A stretch of 64,000 nt of DNA from Chrysomallon squamiferum (GCA_012295275.1 CM022670.1:3968001-4032000), one strand, 5' to 3'; shown: positions 40,926-54,892, counted from the first letter of the stretch. Program-made: numbers and translations. Notes: generated by a model not told the origin, from the sequence alone.

Positions 40926-42110
40926 CAGCGCGAACTCACAGGTGTAGCTGCAGTCTCCATAATTCAGAGAGCAGTTACGTTTAACAGGGTTCAAGCTGCA
41001 GCTGCTAAAACAAGTTTTTTCTTATGTTTTTGCACGTAGCTGCAAAGTTGTTTGCGGTCGATTAAGATATCAGAATAATTATCTTTACCACCAACCATGT
41101 TTGTCAGAGAAAAGCAACCCGAAGTAGATGGAATGGAAAAATAGACAAACTGTCAAGAAATAATTAAATTAGCAAGTGCATATTATAAATGACACGATCT
41201 GAGAAAAGATGCGAGCGCGCTCTTTAGCGAGAGAGAAAGGCTAAATCTGCAAGACGTAAGATGTATATTTTTATCCTGTTTACTAATATCTGTTAAAGAC
41301 ATGATCAACACCTGATTTGTTAAAGATCGTGCTATAAAAGAAATAATTTATTCTGGTGTGCAGTTAAAAAGCTGTTACAACAAATTATTTGTCTCTGAAA
41401 TATAATTAACAGCGAAGTGAGGAAATACATTTCTCCTAATTTTTTGCTATGTCCACCTCGATAATAATTAAAAACCAGTGAAAAGAGCCTTTATAAATAG
41501 AAATTTAAAAAACCGTTTAAAATTTATTTTCTTCTTCTTTCTTTTTATTTTTTTTTTTTTTAAATGTTTAGTTATGGCTCATTATTTGCTCGTTGGCCAA
41601 TATTGTAAAGCCATTTGACATCTATTGCTAAATACAGTGATACCAGAACACCCCTTTTTGTACTAAATACATCGTTAAAATTTAAAGAGCTGCGTGACAT
41701 AGTAGTCTCGCAGTGGGTGTGAACTAGATCTTGTCAAAATGCATGTAATTTTATCTGTGTGCGAAATTACACTTTTCTTCGTGTACGTATTATGCATGTC
41801 AGATTACAGGTTTTGCCAGTTTTTTGTGTGTGTGTGTGTGTGTGCGCGTGCGCGCGCGCACTTACATGCTTACATGAATGTCGATGGACGTGTGCTTGGA
41901 TGTCTAGGTGGCTACTGGACGGGTTGGTGTCTGTGTTTTTATAAAACGAATCCTGAAACAGAAATCCTTCACACACTAAAGCACATACTAGCTGCACGGA
42001 ACTAGCTGGGTGGTGGTGGTATGCCCCAGTGGGGAACGAGAACTGACCTTGCAAAACCTTTCAACCTAAATCTTAAACTAATTTACATTTTCGGGTCATC
42101 AGTACTGCGT

Positions 42111-42359
42111 ATGATTAGCTACACACACACACAAAGTGATGATTAGCTACACACACACAAAGTGATGATTAGCTACACACACACAAAGTGATGATTAGCT
42201 ACACACACACACAAAGTGATGATTAGCTACACACACACAAAGTGATGATTAGCTACACACACACAAAGTGATGATTAGCTACACACACACACAAAGTGAT
42301 GATTAGCTACACACACACACACACAAAATGATGATTAGCTACACACACACAAAGTGATG
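42111..42359. repeat. 26-30 bp compound minisatellite, 9 copies
   Basis: Unit ATGATTAGCT(AC)nAAAGTG with variable AC count. Confidence 0.95.
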
Positions 42360-44154
42360 CTTACGTACATTTTACAATACGCGTCTCACACAGCAGGTCT
42401 TGTTGATATGTTTTACTTGTTTTCGAAATGAGATAGGATTCAACAAAGCAAAACAAGAAATATGATATGCTGAAAAATAAAAATACTAAGCAGGTCTTCT
42501 TAACATAACTGTCGAGTTGTAATAAAAAAAAATTTCTCCGATTTTGAAATACCTCGACAAAATCTACAAACCGAATAGAATACTCTCAAATTAAGTTTAG
42601 GATAAACGTTTTAAACATGTTAAGTTATAAATATTTTAATGTTGTTATTCATCGCAATTCCTACAATGAGTCGTTTTGTAATAAACTACTTTTATCAAAT
42701 AATGGTTAAGATTTTATAGACAGACAGACATAGATGACCTTCTTCAACAAGATGAAATGAAGTACCACTACAGCTTTTATCATTAATGACAAAACATTAT
42801 TTTAGAAATTTTAATTTGTAACTGGTAGAATTGTACAAAACGACGCAGCATGATTTCGCATTGTATTCGAAAAATAATTGTAATTTCACAGCTACACCAG
42901 GGGTACGAAATATTACAGCGAAGATAACACTTCACTCACATTGCATCAGGAAGATCATGGAACGTGATGGATATCAGGATCCGTCACTGGGTATCCCACT
43001 AACATGAGTTCCACTGCAGCCAGTTCTAAAGGAATATGCATGTGTCATATGTTTATTAAAAGCAAAGGTATGTGTTTTCTTGTTTATGGGAAAGTTAATA
43101 CAAGTACAGAACCATTTATCCGACTTCCAGAAAACCGTCTAATTAAACGGCTGCTTTTATTTTTGGTGACAGTGCTGCTGTGTACACGTAGTCCTCAGGA
43201 CAGTAAGTTCTTATTTGATCCAGTTTACTCTCCTTTTTATTCATTATCATGTCTAAAAGACAAACAAAAACATAACTTGCTAGTGAAAAGTGTATTCTAT
43301 AGTTATTCTATGAATTCTAAATGAATTAAATCCAAACAGACCCTGCTTCAGACGTGTATTAACAGTTTGTATTTTAAGTAAATATTTCGCTTGTATTCAA
43401 AAATCCGTTCCCATAAACATGTTCGATATCAAATAATCTGTCCAATTTTATTTTATTTATTTCTAAGTTTAATTTGAATTTCTTTCCCAAAAAAATCTGT
43501 AATTAAAAAAATTAAAAATATTAATCGAGAACCTGGAGAGTTTTTGTTTCATCGCTTACGAGATCGCATCTTATCCTGCACAAGTAACCCGTGCCTTTGT
43601 GTCCTCCGCTTTGACACTTCACAAAATAAAAGAAACAATAATGCGGCAGCCATCTCCTCATCGCAGAGTTAAAAATAGAAGCAATACAAAGTAGCTACTT
43701 AATTTGTTTTGGGCAGTATGCTATCACCTGTCAGTTCATTTTTTTTTTTTTTTTTTTTTTTTTCCAATCCACTGTAAACGGATCGCAGTCCCGCAAATAT
43801 GGGTCATTTTCTTTGTTCGAAAACAATGTGATTTACAAGCCAAATAATCAGTAGTCATTCTCGACCAGTAAACAGTTTGTAATATGTTGCAACTTGTGCG
43901 TGAATCATATGTGCTTTGTTTCCATTAAAACTTTTTTTTATTTTATTTTATTTTATTTTATTTTATTTTTATTTTATATTTATTTATTTATTTATTTAGT
44001 ATTATTGATTTTATTTTATCTTATTGTTGTTTTGTTTTATGTAGCTTAACGTGCATGCAATTACAAATTATGGTTGTTTTTTTTTATCTATTTTTCCACC
44101 CACATATGACGAGTACAACGTGAAAATCTGAGTATTAAACAGAAGTAAAATTAT

Positions 44155-44157
<3 letters not shown>

Positions 44158-44237
<80 letters not shown>
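44158..44237. repeat. (GA)n microsatellite
   Basis: Direct reading. Confidence 0.97.
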
Positions 44238-44239
<2 letters not shown>

Positions 44240-44759
44240 ATTATTGTGCTGTATAAAATGGCGTGTAATTTAAACCCAAGTCTGCTACACGTGCACCTTC
44301 ACAAAAACGAGCAGACGCAGACTTGGCGATTCAGACAGAGTAAACAAAAAAAAAAAAAAAAAATCGATTATGTAGCGAGAAATGAATAATCGTCTATTTA
44401 AAAAAAAAAGAAGAAGAAGAAGAAGAAAAGAAAGAAAAGAAAACAGAATTTATTTTTAAATGAAACGTTTGTTTGTTACCACAACTCCATCGTTAGCCAG
44501 AAACAAGCAGCGGAAAATAAATTTTAAAAAACAACAAAAAATAAAAAACGACAAATAATCCTTTGTCTAAATTCATGTTAACATAATTTATTTTTATTTA
44601 ATAAGCCAAATATGGTTGATGTAATATGCGAACACAAGATTTTAGCTGAATTAATGAATGAATGGTGAAAAGGGGGAAAGGGCATACAAAATAATGATAC
44701 AGCTTACCTTTAACACACAGATGTAGCAGTATCTCTCTGTCAGCTTTCAGATAAAAAAG

Positions 44760-45030
44760 TCAAGCACGCGGATTACGTACTGGGTTCTCTCTCGCGTACT
44801 GACAGATTTCCTCGCGTGCCGGAATGACAGAACTCAATGGAAAATAACTGACCGAACACGTGACTCGAGAAGGAAGCGCTGTACATCGTCCTCTTCATTG
44901 GTTCTTCAATTTGGCGCCAACGAGCGAAGAAAAATAATAATGGCGAGCAGAACTACTACTACCACAGTTGTTGACTTTTGTCACACTGGAGAGCGTGGCA
45001 GTGGCGTCAGTGCGAGGACACGAGTAATTA
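44760..45030. promoter_or_regulatory. CpG-rich promoter-like island
   Basis: Local CpG density; E-box CACGTGAC (44857-44864), reverse CCAAT ATTGG (44897-44901), E2F-type TTTGGCGCCAA (44910-44920), YY1-like AATGGCG (about 44939-44945); minus-strand donor G|GTAAGC at 44708. Confidence 0.55.
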
Positions 45031-45071
45031 TTTTAGTAGCAGATGTGGGTTTTTTGTAATATATTAAGTAC

Positions 45072-45074
<3 letters not shown>

Positions 45075-45135
<61 letters not shown>

Positions 45136-45285
45136 TGTCACATTAACTTAATTGTAAATGTGGTTGTTATCTTTGTTTTATGTGTGTGTGTGTGTGTGTG
45201 TGTTTAATTATATTTATGTCACATTAACTTAATTGTAAATATGGTTGTTATCGTTTCGTGTGTGTGTGTGTGTGTGTGTGTGTGT
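45075..45285. repeat. (TG)n tracts with a duplicated approx. 45-bp spacer
   Basis: ATGTCACATTAACTTAATTGTAAAT(G/A)TGGTTGTTATC twice between TG runs. Confidence 0.85.
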
Positions 45286-47892
45286 CAGTTTATGCATGTT
45301 AATATACATAAATGGAAGCTTTTTATTTGGATTATTATTATTATTTTATTTTGTTTTTGTTGTTTACTGTAAAAATTAAGCTTGTTTAATTTAAACTATA
45401 ATTAAGATAATGTTAATTAACTTGAAAAGTTTTAATTTCACACAACTTCAGTTTATAGTTATTTATTCGTTATATATATATATTTTTTTTTTTTATTGTA
45501 TTTTTCTTTCTTTCTTTAATATTTTGATTTATAATGTAAGTTACTGTGAGCACCTTAAATTATTGTAAATATATCAAAATTAAATAAATCTATCTAACTC
45601 TTATCCACTTGATATGTAATATCATGATTAGATATTTCCTTCCATTTTATATAGTTTATGTGGAATATTCTTATCTACTAAAAAAGTAATTTATTAGTTA
45701 ATTATTTTTAATCTGAAAGAAAAAACAATTTAATTTTTTTTTTTTTTTTTAATATCAACATTTCAGAAATTCACTGTTCCAAAAATCTGGAAGAAAAAGA
45801 TTTATGTTATCAAAAAACCCAACTAATTTGAATTAGTTACATAACATTGAGTATAAATCTACATCATTGTCCAGTTCATTTAAATATCTTCTGGTTATTT
45901 CAGAAACAACAGAGTGCCACTTTGGTGGACAAAAGGTGCTAACAGGTGGCAAAATCGTGAAACACTTGAGAGTTTAGCAATAAAAGGTGTTTGAAGCACT
46001 TGAGGTTTAGCTTCACACAGTGTCAATAGCTGACACCTACTTGATGCTTTAGTCCTGGTTTCAGGATCAGTGTCAAGTATTCTCCAGCTTCTGAGAGGTT
46101 ACTTACTGTAGGTGCCCCACTTCTAACAGACATGCTAATTGGTTTAGCTGTTAGTTAGAGTAATATTATGTGAATAAAAGAACAAGGGAAAAACTCATCA
46201 ACATTCTTGTTTTAGCTGAAATTATTCCATTTTTTTTTTTTTTTTTAAATTTAACTTTTTAATTTTTTAATTAGGTATTTTTATATCATGAGGTTTTTTT
46301 TTATTGTTTTTTTATCATTTTAAAAAAAATGTGTTTATATATAGTATAGACAGATAAGATATATTATTTCATTTTTTGTTATTATTTGTTTGTTTATTCA
46401 TTTATTTATTTATTATTATTATTATTATTTTTTTTTTTAACTATTTCACAATACTTACCTTATCACAGTTATTTAGGATTTCCTATGAAGGATCTATTTA
46501 CATTTTTTTTTTTTTTTCTTTTTTTTTAATGAATCTTTTGTGTTATTGTTGTTTTACCAATTGCTTTTAATAGTTAAGACAGTACATAACATGAAAGATA
46601 ATGCATCATTAAATGAACTGTTAAGTAAAATATCTTTATATAATGACATTGTTAACCTGTCTGATTATAACTGTGGGTTTTTTTGAAACTGCAAAATAAA
46701 ACAATCATATGTTATTGTTGTTCTTTATACTTTTCACAGACATTTTTTACATTTAAGTCAGTGTTCCATGCCTACAGACAATTATAAATATGTAGCTATA
46801 AGGTGGTATCTTATCCTTCTAGTTAGCAAGCTTTCTTAAATAAACGTTGATACTTTTCATACTGAAAAAAATAAAAAAAAGAATAATTAAGTTGTGTATT
46901 TTGCCATTTGGCTATTTTCTTTAATGTTTAGATACTCTGTTTAACCTTTCACGTTTGTGTACAAAACCAGATGTTTGTGCCTTTAGGGTCCTGATTTCAC
47001 TCGTACGTCTTGAGTAATCTTTAATGGAATCAAAATAAAGAACGACAGGATTCTTCAAACTGGTTACGACATAAGCAGAATCTACCTCAGGCCAAACTGT
47101 GTTGTTTGTTGTCAATCTCGATTTCGATCTTTTCTGTTACATGGACGTATCTTACGAAATATCTTTTCTTCTTTTCTTTAGTGGTGTTCTGAAGATCTGT
47201 ATTTTTTAGTTTCACCAAATGAAACAATATTTTATTGTGTTTCTTATTTCAGAGATTGTTATTTAAACGTTTAACGACAACTATGTTATACGTATCGAAA
47301 TGTACGTATTCAAAAAGACAAATGCACACACACAGAGAGACAATCATCATCATCCTGGGACTGTCTTTAACACAACTATATACCAACAGGTTTCAAAAAT
47401 ACATGTTTTTCGAATACGTCTTAATGCAGTTATTGGAATGATCACATGACACTAAATAACCCGAAATAAGTAGGTTAAAATATTTCCAGTCCTACTTAGA
47501 TTTCATTGACATTTCTGATGTACCCTTCAGGCTTGACTGCTTCTTCATTACATTTCAAGTTCAAAATAATACTAATATAATGGTGTTTTTTATTTTTCTT
47601 ATTTACAAATGTCGGACGTCATTTGATCGTCTGGTCACACATCCAAGCATCATCGCTGACAAATGAATACATATCCATTACTGTGATTATCTTTCGTAAT
47701 CCGTGCGTAATCTTTAACATTTGATATCGTCATAATTATATACAGTACCCGAACATATATATGTGTATATGAATACGTTTGTATGTGTGCAGGTGATTGT
47801 ATTTTATCTTTTGTATTCAATGCTGTATACATTTATATGTTTATATGAGAAAGAAACAAAAACAAACAAAAAAATGGAGGGAAGGAGACAGG

Positions 47893-47959
<67 letters not shown>

Positions 47960-48415
47960 TCATTATTATTTTACCACAACAACTGTTACAATTCGTAAAT
48001 AATACCGTGTGTTTCTGTATCCATACATTGTTAAATTGTTGAAACAGTATCTGCTGTCATTTATATACGTATTCAGACTAAATATATTCTGTTTCACGTT
48101 TGCAAATTCAAAACAGAGTATTTCTCATATTGTTTATGTGTTTATGTTCCTAGCTGTACATCCGCATTCATTAAATGTGTACATTTTTGTTTTTTTGTTT
48201 TTTTGTTTAGTTATTTATTTTCATGTCTGATTGATCCAAAACTGATGTTTTTATTTTTGTATTTTTTTTGTTTGCTTTCGTGAGTATATCAAAATTAGTC
48301 AGTTACAATTGAAGTAGTTGATATATTAAGTGTTTGGTGTTTGGTCCAGTGATTTTGTGATATTGTAAACCTTCTGTTAAAATACGCCTCTAAGTATGAA
48401 TAACTGTGTAGATTG

Positions 48416-48417
<2 letters not shown>

Positions 48418-48491
<74 letters not shown>
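48418..48491. repeat. (TG)n microsatellite
   Basis: Direct reading. Confidence 0.97.
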
Positions 48492-48492
<1 letters not shown>

Positions 48493-49290
48493 TTTTTCCT
48501 GTTGGAAGCATCAAGACGAATTGATCCTGTAACTAATCATATATCAGTTACTGAGCTTTACACCATTCTGACTTTCAGTAGACAGAAAGAAATATTATAC
48601 AATAATATATTTTGTGTGTGTATCACTTTCGAAATCTCTGATTAATACTGGCGTGAAAGACCGAGTCCATTGTCATCCCTGACCTGAGTGACCCTTTCCA
48701 AAAACATTGCCTTCTCTTGTTATTATTAATAAAATTAAAACTCTAAAGTGTTTTTCTAAAATCAAAGCTATAATAACAGGGTGACATTTGCGTCACCCAG
48801 GTCTTGTTAACTGGGTGTTTGGGAGTGTCTCTGTGTTTACAGTGAGAAAACAACATCACTGTCACAGTCAACGACCAAGTGATAATGATGTCATGGTTTA
48901 CAAATCATCAAAAACATCACGACACTGTGAGAATGTGACCACCTGCTGGTTTTAACAAATTACAATTTTTATTTCAACTGTTATACGTCTGTTGCTTTTA
49001 TAGAAACCAAAAATGAATATGAAAAATTGAAATATATCATTATTAATATTTAATTATTTGCCTCTGTGTGTGTGTGTGCGTTTGTGTGTGTGTGATGAAA
49101 CCAAAACTGGCCAGCAGTCTGTTCTAAATGATTTAACTATTAAAATATTCCACATTCAATACTTTTAATATATTACTTCATTTAACTGGTTTGTTAAATG
49201 TATTGATGTTTGCAGAGATAGAGTTTGGTGTTTTGATATTAATATCTAGGAGTTAGAAGAGTTTAATGTTAATATATTAGTTGATTTGTT

Positions 49291-49321
<31 letters not shown>

Positions 49322-50362
49322 TTCATTTATTTATTAACTTACTTATTTATATTTCTTCTTTTCTAATACGGAAAAGCTGAAATTAAAGATTTTTTATTTT
49401 TAATAATTATTTTTGTTTATTGTTGGAGTTAGGTCAGCGGTAAGCTGATTAATATATTGTAAAATTGTGATACTTCTACAGAATGTATCAGACTTGGGTG
49501 TGAGCATGTTAGTGTATTTATCCGTGAGAATAATCGTGTACGACCAGATTTTAAATAGGCGTGTTTATCTACTCATTATTCACAGTGACCACAGTGACAC
49601 CAGACGGTGTATTGTCCATCACAGACACTACAAATTCACACAGTAGATCGCGTTCTAGTAAGCACAAAACATGCAACAGTACAATGAACTTGTGTTTCCA
49701 AATACTGACGCAACCCGCAAAGCACGCAAAAATTACACCTGATACACTAACAACAACCTCTAAGGGTAATATTTCATTCATTCAAGCATTAATTCATGCA
49801 ATCTGTGATATAGTTGTTGTTGGGTGTGTGTTTTTTGGGGGGGGGGTGTTGTTGTTTTTTTTGTCAGTATTATGAGATGAAGAGAAAATAATTATTTTGT
49901 AAATTTTCACACATTTATAATGTAGGAGAGAAACACACACACACACACACATACACACACATAGATAAACAGATACATATATACATGTGCTTATACATAA
50001 ACATCTCTTATTCGTCATTACCGCTGTTGTGTGGTCGTCGTTTTTTGTCATTTTCTTCTTCTTCTTGCTGTTGTAGCTGAGTGGAAAATAACGCAAGAAA
50101 ATATTTGTTGATACGCAAATATACTCAGTGACAACAGAAATTAACCTATTTCGTTCGCTAATTCTGAATACGTCAAGTTTTTACATATCTGTAACGTGAA
50201 TTTAAAAAGTAACGTATCTGTCTCCGTCGAGGTGTGTTATGTTTATTTGTCTTCACTTCAGCAACGCTGAAAACTGAAAGAAAATATTCAAGATAACAAA
50301 ATCGCAAATCACAAATAATTAGACAGGAACGCATTAGCAAATACGAAAAACAAACAGCTCCG

Positions 50363-50398
<36 letters not shown>

Positions 50399-50431
50399 TT
50401 CTCATAACCCTAACCAAAGATAATGTTAAAT

Positions 50432-50491
<60 letters not shown>

Positions 50492-50697
50492 AAAGAAAGA
50501 AAGCAAGAAAAAAAGAAAGAAGCTAGAACTGGAGCTAACAAAGAATTGCTACCATCATTTTGATATTTCTGTCGTCGGTTAGTCAAGAGTTGCTTCCCTT
50601 CAATTAATAGATATATATGTATATTAATCTGAACATTCTTTGAGCAGAACAGAATATCACATCAGACTGGTATTCTGCAACCCACAAAGCAATCCGA

Positions 50698-50769
50698 AGC
50701 AGAGTGGCGCAGTGGAAGCGTGCTGGGCCCATAACCCAGAGGTCCGTGGATCGAAACCATGCTCTGCTA
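50698..50769 (+). tRNA. tRNA-iMet-CAT: initiator tRNA-Met (CAT), C64T variant
   Basis: Same sequence except CCATG instead of CCACG in the T-stem (position 50760); T-run terminator follows. Confidence 0.97.
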
Positions 50770-51128
50770 TATTCAGTTTTTCACCTTTATTATTGCAGTA
50801 CCTCTTTAAAATTAAGGAAGGAGGGGGAAATAACAACATAAAATAACAAAAACAAAAAGAAAAAACAAAACAACAACAATACAAAATGTTGATGTTGATT
50901 ATTAAATGAGAAAAAATAATTCTATCTTTGTTTTTCATGGTGATGAATCAAAAATTTAATGAAACGTCAGTGAGTGTATGTATAATATAAATTAATGATG
51001 CATGTAGTACAACAGAAGATATTAATTTAAAAAATGCACGATTCTTTTAAGGCAAGCCGTTGCACAATGAAAGTAAGTGCATGAGACTGTGAAACCATGA
51101 CTGAAACTGCCAAATAATACATCTCTTA

Positions 51129-51206
<78 letters not shown>

Positions 51207-51320
51207 CAATAACAAAAATAAATAGCATATGCATACACGCATAACTTGATGTACAGATATACAAGGAATTAATTTATGTAATATCAAATTAAATGCTTGT
51301 TTTTTATTTATTATATTAGC

Positions 51321-51530
51321 AATAATAGTAGTAGTAGTGGTATAGTAGTAGTAGTAGTAGTAGTAATAATAGTAGTAGTAGTAGTAGTGGCAGTAGTGGT
51401 GGTGGTGGTGATGGTGGTGATGGTGGTATAGTAGTAGTAGTAGTAGTAGTGGTAGTGGTATAGTAGTAGTAGTAGTAGCAGTAGTAGTAGTGGTAGTAGT
51501 AGTAGTTGTTGTTGTTGTTGTTGTTGTTGT
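51321..51530. repeat. Compound (TAG)/(TGG)/(TTG) trinucleotide microsatellite
   Basis: Direct reading. Confidence 0.95.
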
Positions 51531-52056
51531 AAAAATTCAAGAAGTGTTCCCGCCTATTGCAGTTAATGCGCAATCACTGAGAACTTCATCCTAAAGACAG
51601 TTCCTCTGTCCAACAAAAGATGTGCAACTTGCTCCTGCGTATTAACATCGACGCCATTTGTTTTCTGTACGTGAATTACCGAGGCCTGTCAGTTCATAGA
51701 AAAAAAAAAGTTGAAACCTCTTTTGTCGCTGCTGTTTGTGATAATGTTATGCTGCGTAGTGAAGAAAAGCTGCAGTATGACAACTGGTTTGGGTGAACGA
51801 CTCCAGCGAATATCATGTTTTTGGAACAAAATTTCTGTTACTGTTTACATATTTTTTTTACGTTGTCGCGATAAATAGGTGTGTTGCCCTTTCATCTGAA
51901 CACAGACTTTGCTGCAGTTTTAATGTTTTCTTGTGCAGTTTCTAGCTAGAAAGTGTATATGGTCTTTTGTACCTTCCTATCACACTATCTGACCATGCAT
52001 ACATGTACCCTGGTTAGTTTTCTTCATTCCGCAAATAATTATTCTAAATACTACTA

Positions 52057-52128
<72 letters not shown>

Positions 52129-52221
52129 GTAATAATAATAACAATAATAATTTAAAATCCATCCCTAGCTGGAACCCTCCATAACTGAAATAGGTGGACT
52201 GTAAACAAATACTTATTATTA

Positions 52222-52272
<51 letters not shown>

Positions 52273-53258
52273 TATGGTCTTATTGTTTGTTAAACCAAAA
52301 TCCAGGTTAACTGACATGGAAACATTATGTTGTGATTAAGCTGTTATCATTAGATGTATCTTTAACCAGATATATACCAGGTTAATGCTTGTATTCTTAT
52401 GTAACAACTGATAGCTTCATAAACGTAAAAATCAATTATTTATAAAACATGATAAATGCTTAACATAAGGAATAATATTATTAGCTCTAACAAATCTCTG
52501 TTATTATTTTGTAGTCAATATGTAATACATTTTTATCGGAAACATTAATTTAATTTATCTTTCGTCCTACCTGAAGTTACAGGTTTTTTTCCAATTAAAT
52601 CAAGGGGAAGAAACTCTAAATTAACTATAATAAATGATGGTACCAGTTCTATAAACTGGAGGGGAACAAAAAGTGAGACAAAATGAAGGTGTGAACGGAA
52701 AGTTTTATATCAAAATAATATACTGTTATTTAAGTATAATAGATGTAATTCAACACACGTTACCGGAAAGGGCTAATGCTGTGGAAATATGTTCTACCCA
52801 TAAAGCAGACGTCTAGTGAATCGAAAGCGAGGTGAAGGTCTAAGTTTCTTTTCGCTCTTGTAAGATAGTTACATAAAAGTAATTTTGTTATCATTACAGA
52901 AATAAATTATTTATAATAAAACTCTAATCTCGAAAAAGATTTTTTATTATTATTTATTTATTTATTTTTGAAATTATGTATATACATTTTTAACAAGATA
53001 CATAAGGCGAAAAACTAAAAGAAACGATGTTAAAATAATTAATAGCGTTTAGCACTCGATATGAACTGCACGGTTTACGATGAATGTTTTTGGAATAAGC
53101 ACTCAGTCACAAATATTGTTAAAAATCTATACAGTTGTTAATATAGAGTTATTTCCCTTAAACAAAGCCAAAAAAAACCCCAAACAAGGCTTAAAATTAT
53201 TGCATCAGTAAGAAGTTATATAATACATATTGACTACTGACCTATTACTACACATCGA

Positions 53259-53330
53259 AGCAGAGTGGCGCAGTGGAAGCGTGCTGGGCCCATAACCCAG
53301 AGGTCCGTGGATCGAAACCACGCTCTGCTA
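53259..53330 (+). tRNA. tRNA-iMet-CAT: initiator tRNA-Met (CAT)
   Basis: Identical to the 1445 copy; TTTT immediately downstream. Confidence 0.98.
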
Positions 53331-53480
53331 ATCTTTTATTTTCAATACTATAAAATATTAGATCGTTCAGGTCAGATAAGTATAAATCAATAATCTCTGT
53401 GATATTAAATAATGAACTAATGTTCGTAATAATTATCTAACAATAACGGTGGTAATAAGACCACCATTTAAGTACCTAAC

Positions 53481-53751
53481 CAGTGGCGTTCAGAAGTCTG
53501 GTGATGCCTGTGCCCAACACATTGATTGTATGCCAGAAATACTCAAGTATAAGGCCTACTACTAAGAAATATTATTTGAAAGGTAGATATTTTGAATATG
53601 TAAAACTCAGATGAAACATAAAATAAACACTTTATTCGATTTAAATATAAATCAACCAAATTTATTAAGTTATTTTCTCCGATTCGATGCCCCCTCCATT
53701 TGGATGCACGGGGCCACCGTCCCTTCGGCCCGCCCCCTCTGCACGCCACTG
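53481..53751. mobile_element. Non-autonomous DNA transposon (MITE), hAT-like, 271 bp
   Basis: TIRs CAGTGGCGTTCAGA / TCTGCACGCCACTG (14 bp, 1 mismatch); 8-bp TSD TACCTAAC (53473-53480) / TACTTAAC (53752-53759); CAG termini plus 8-bp TSD typical of hAT. Confidence 0.8.
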
Positions 53752-53999
53752 TACTTAACCATTTTATTTATTTATTTATATTTATTATATTACTTTATTT
53801 TCTTTCATTTATTTATATATTTATTTTTAAAATACATTGGTACCTTGACTTACGAGTTTAATTTGTTCCGTGACCGAGCTCGTATCTCAGTTTGCTTTTA
53901 TATCAAATCAGTTTTCCCAACTGAAATTAATTGAAATAGCATTAATCCGTTCCAGCCCCCAAAAACCAGCCCATTTTTTCTTTCATTCCTTTTTCTATT

Positions 54000-54035
<36 letters not shown>

Positions 54036-54820
54036 TAACATGTTTTTAAATAAGAAAAATGTATTTGTAAATGACAAATATTGTATAAAAAAACAAAATA
54101 AAAGAGAATGTAAAGAAATAAATTGGCTTTTGTGAAGTGTATTTATCTTGGAGATCAGACAAATTATTTTAACGCCTTTGGCTGGAGTTACATCCTTCAT
54201 CGACTCCTTCAGCTTCAATATGGTACATATCGTAGAAATATTACGCTCGTACTACCTCGCCAAGTCGACTACATGCACACCTCGCTCATGTTTTTTATTA
54301 TTTCATGCTTTAATTCAATGGACATCATCGGCTTCTTCTTCTCAGCACTGTCCTTGGCAGTCACTTTCTTAGGATCCCATGGTCCGAAAAAATTGCTTGT
54401 AATTCGAAAAACTCGTAAGTCAAGGTACTACTGTATTAAATTAAGTGGGTTTTAAACCACCAGTCACACACCCCGAAAAAAAACAAAAACAAACACAAAC
54501 TAAAAAACAACAACAAACAATAATAATAATAATTATAATAGTAACAAGAAGAAAAAGGAGAACAACCAAATCAGATTACAGTTATTCATAAACACCAGTT
54601 TGCAATAATAAAACTCACAGCCTAAAGTTAAAGGGAAGAAACTTGATATTAACGAATATAAAACTGTTCACCAAATTTAAAAAAAGAAAAAGAAAAAGAA
54701 AAAAAAAAAAAAAAAAAAAAACAGCAACAAATAACAGTAGAATAGTTTTTACATGAAACTGCATCGGAAAATACCATTAATTATCAAATGCACGGATTGC
54801 AGATAAATAATTTCCAACAT

Positions 54821-54892
54821 AGCAGAGTGGCGCAGTGGAAGCGTGCTGGGCCCATAACCCAGAGGTCCGTGGATCGAAACCACGCTCTGCTA
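54821..54892 (+). tRNA. tRNA-iMet-CAT: initiator tRNA-Met (CAT)
   Basis: Identical to the 1445 copy; long T-run about 15 nt downstream. Confidence 0.98.

Noticed and set aside
42135-42345. Repeated GTGATGA box C motifs (C/D snoRNA)
   Set aside because: Part of the tandem unit; no paired box D or terminal stem
40496-42359. Repeat arrays resembling CRISPR
   Set aside because: Eukaryotic DNA, units are contiguous with no unique spacers and no cas genes; these are minisatellites
46038-46079. Hairpin as SECIS element or pre-miRNA
   Set aside because: Lacks the AUGA/GA quartet and apical AA; too short for a pre-miRNA
50405-50415. TAACCCTAACC as telomerase RNA template or interstitial telomere
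   Set aside because: Under two repeats, no pseudoknot or H/ACA context visible; lies downstream of the hairpin block at 46 kb, the wrong order for telomerase RNA
50640-50938. ORFs containing QSGAVEACWAHNPEVRGSKP
   Set aside because: Translation of the tRNAi gene
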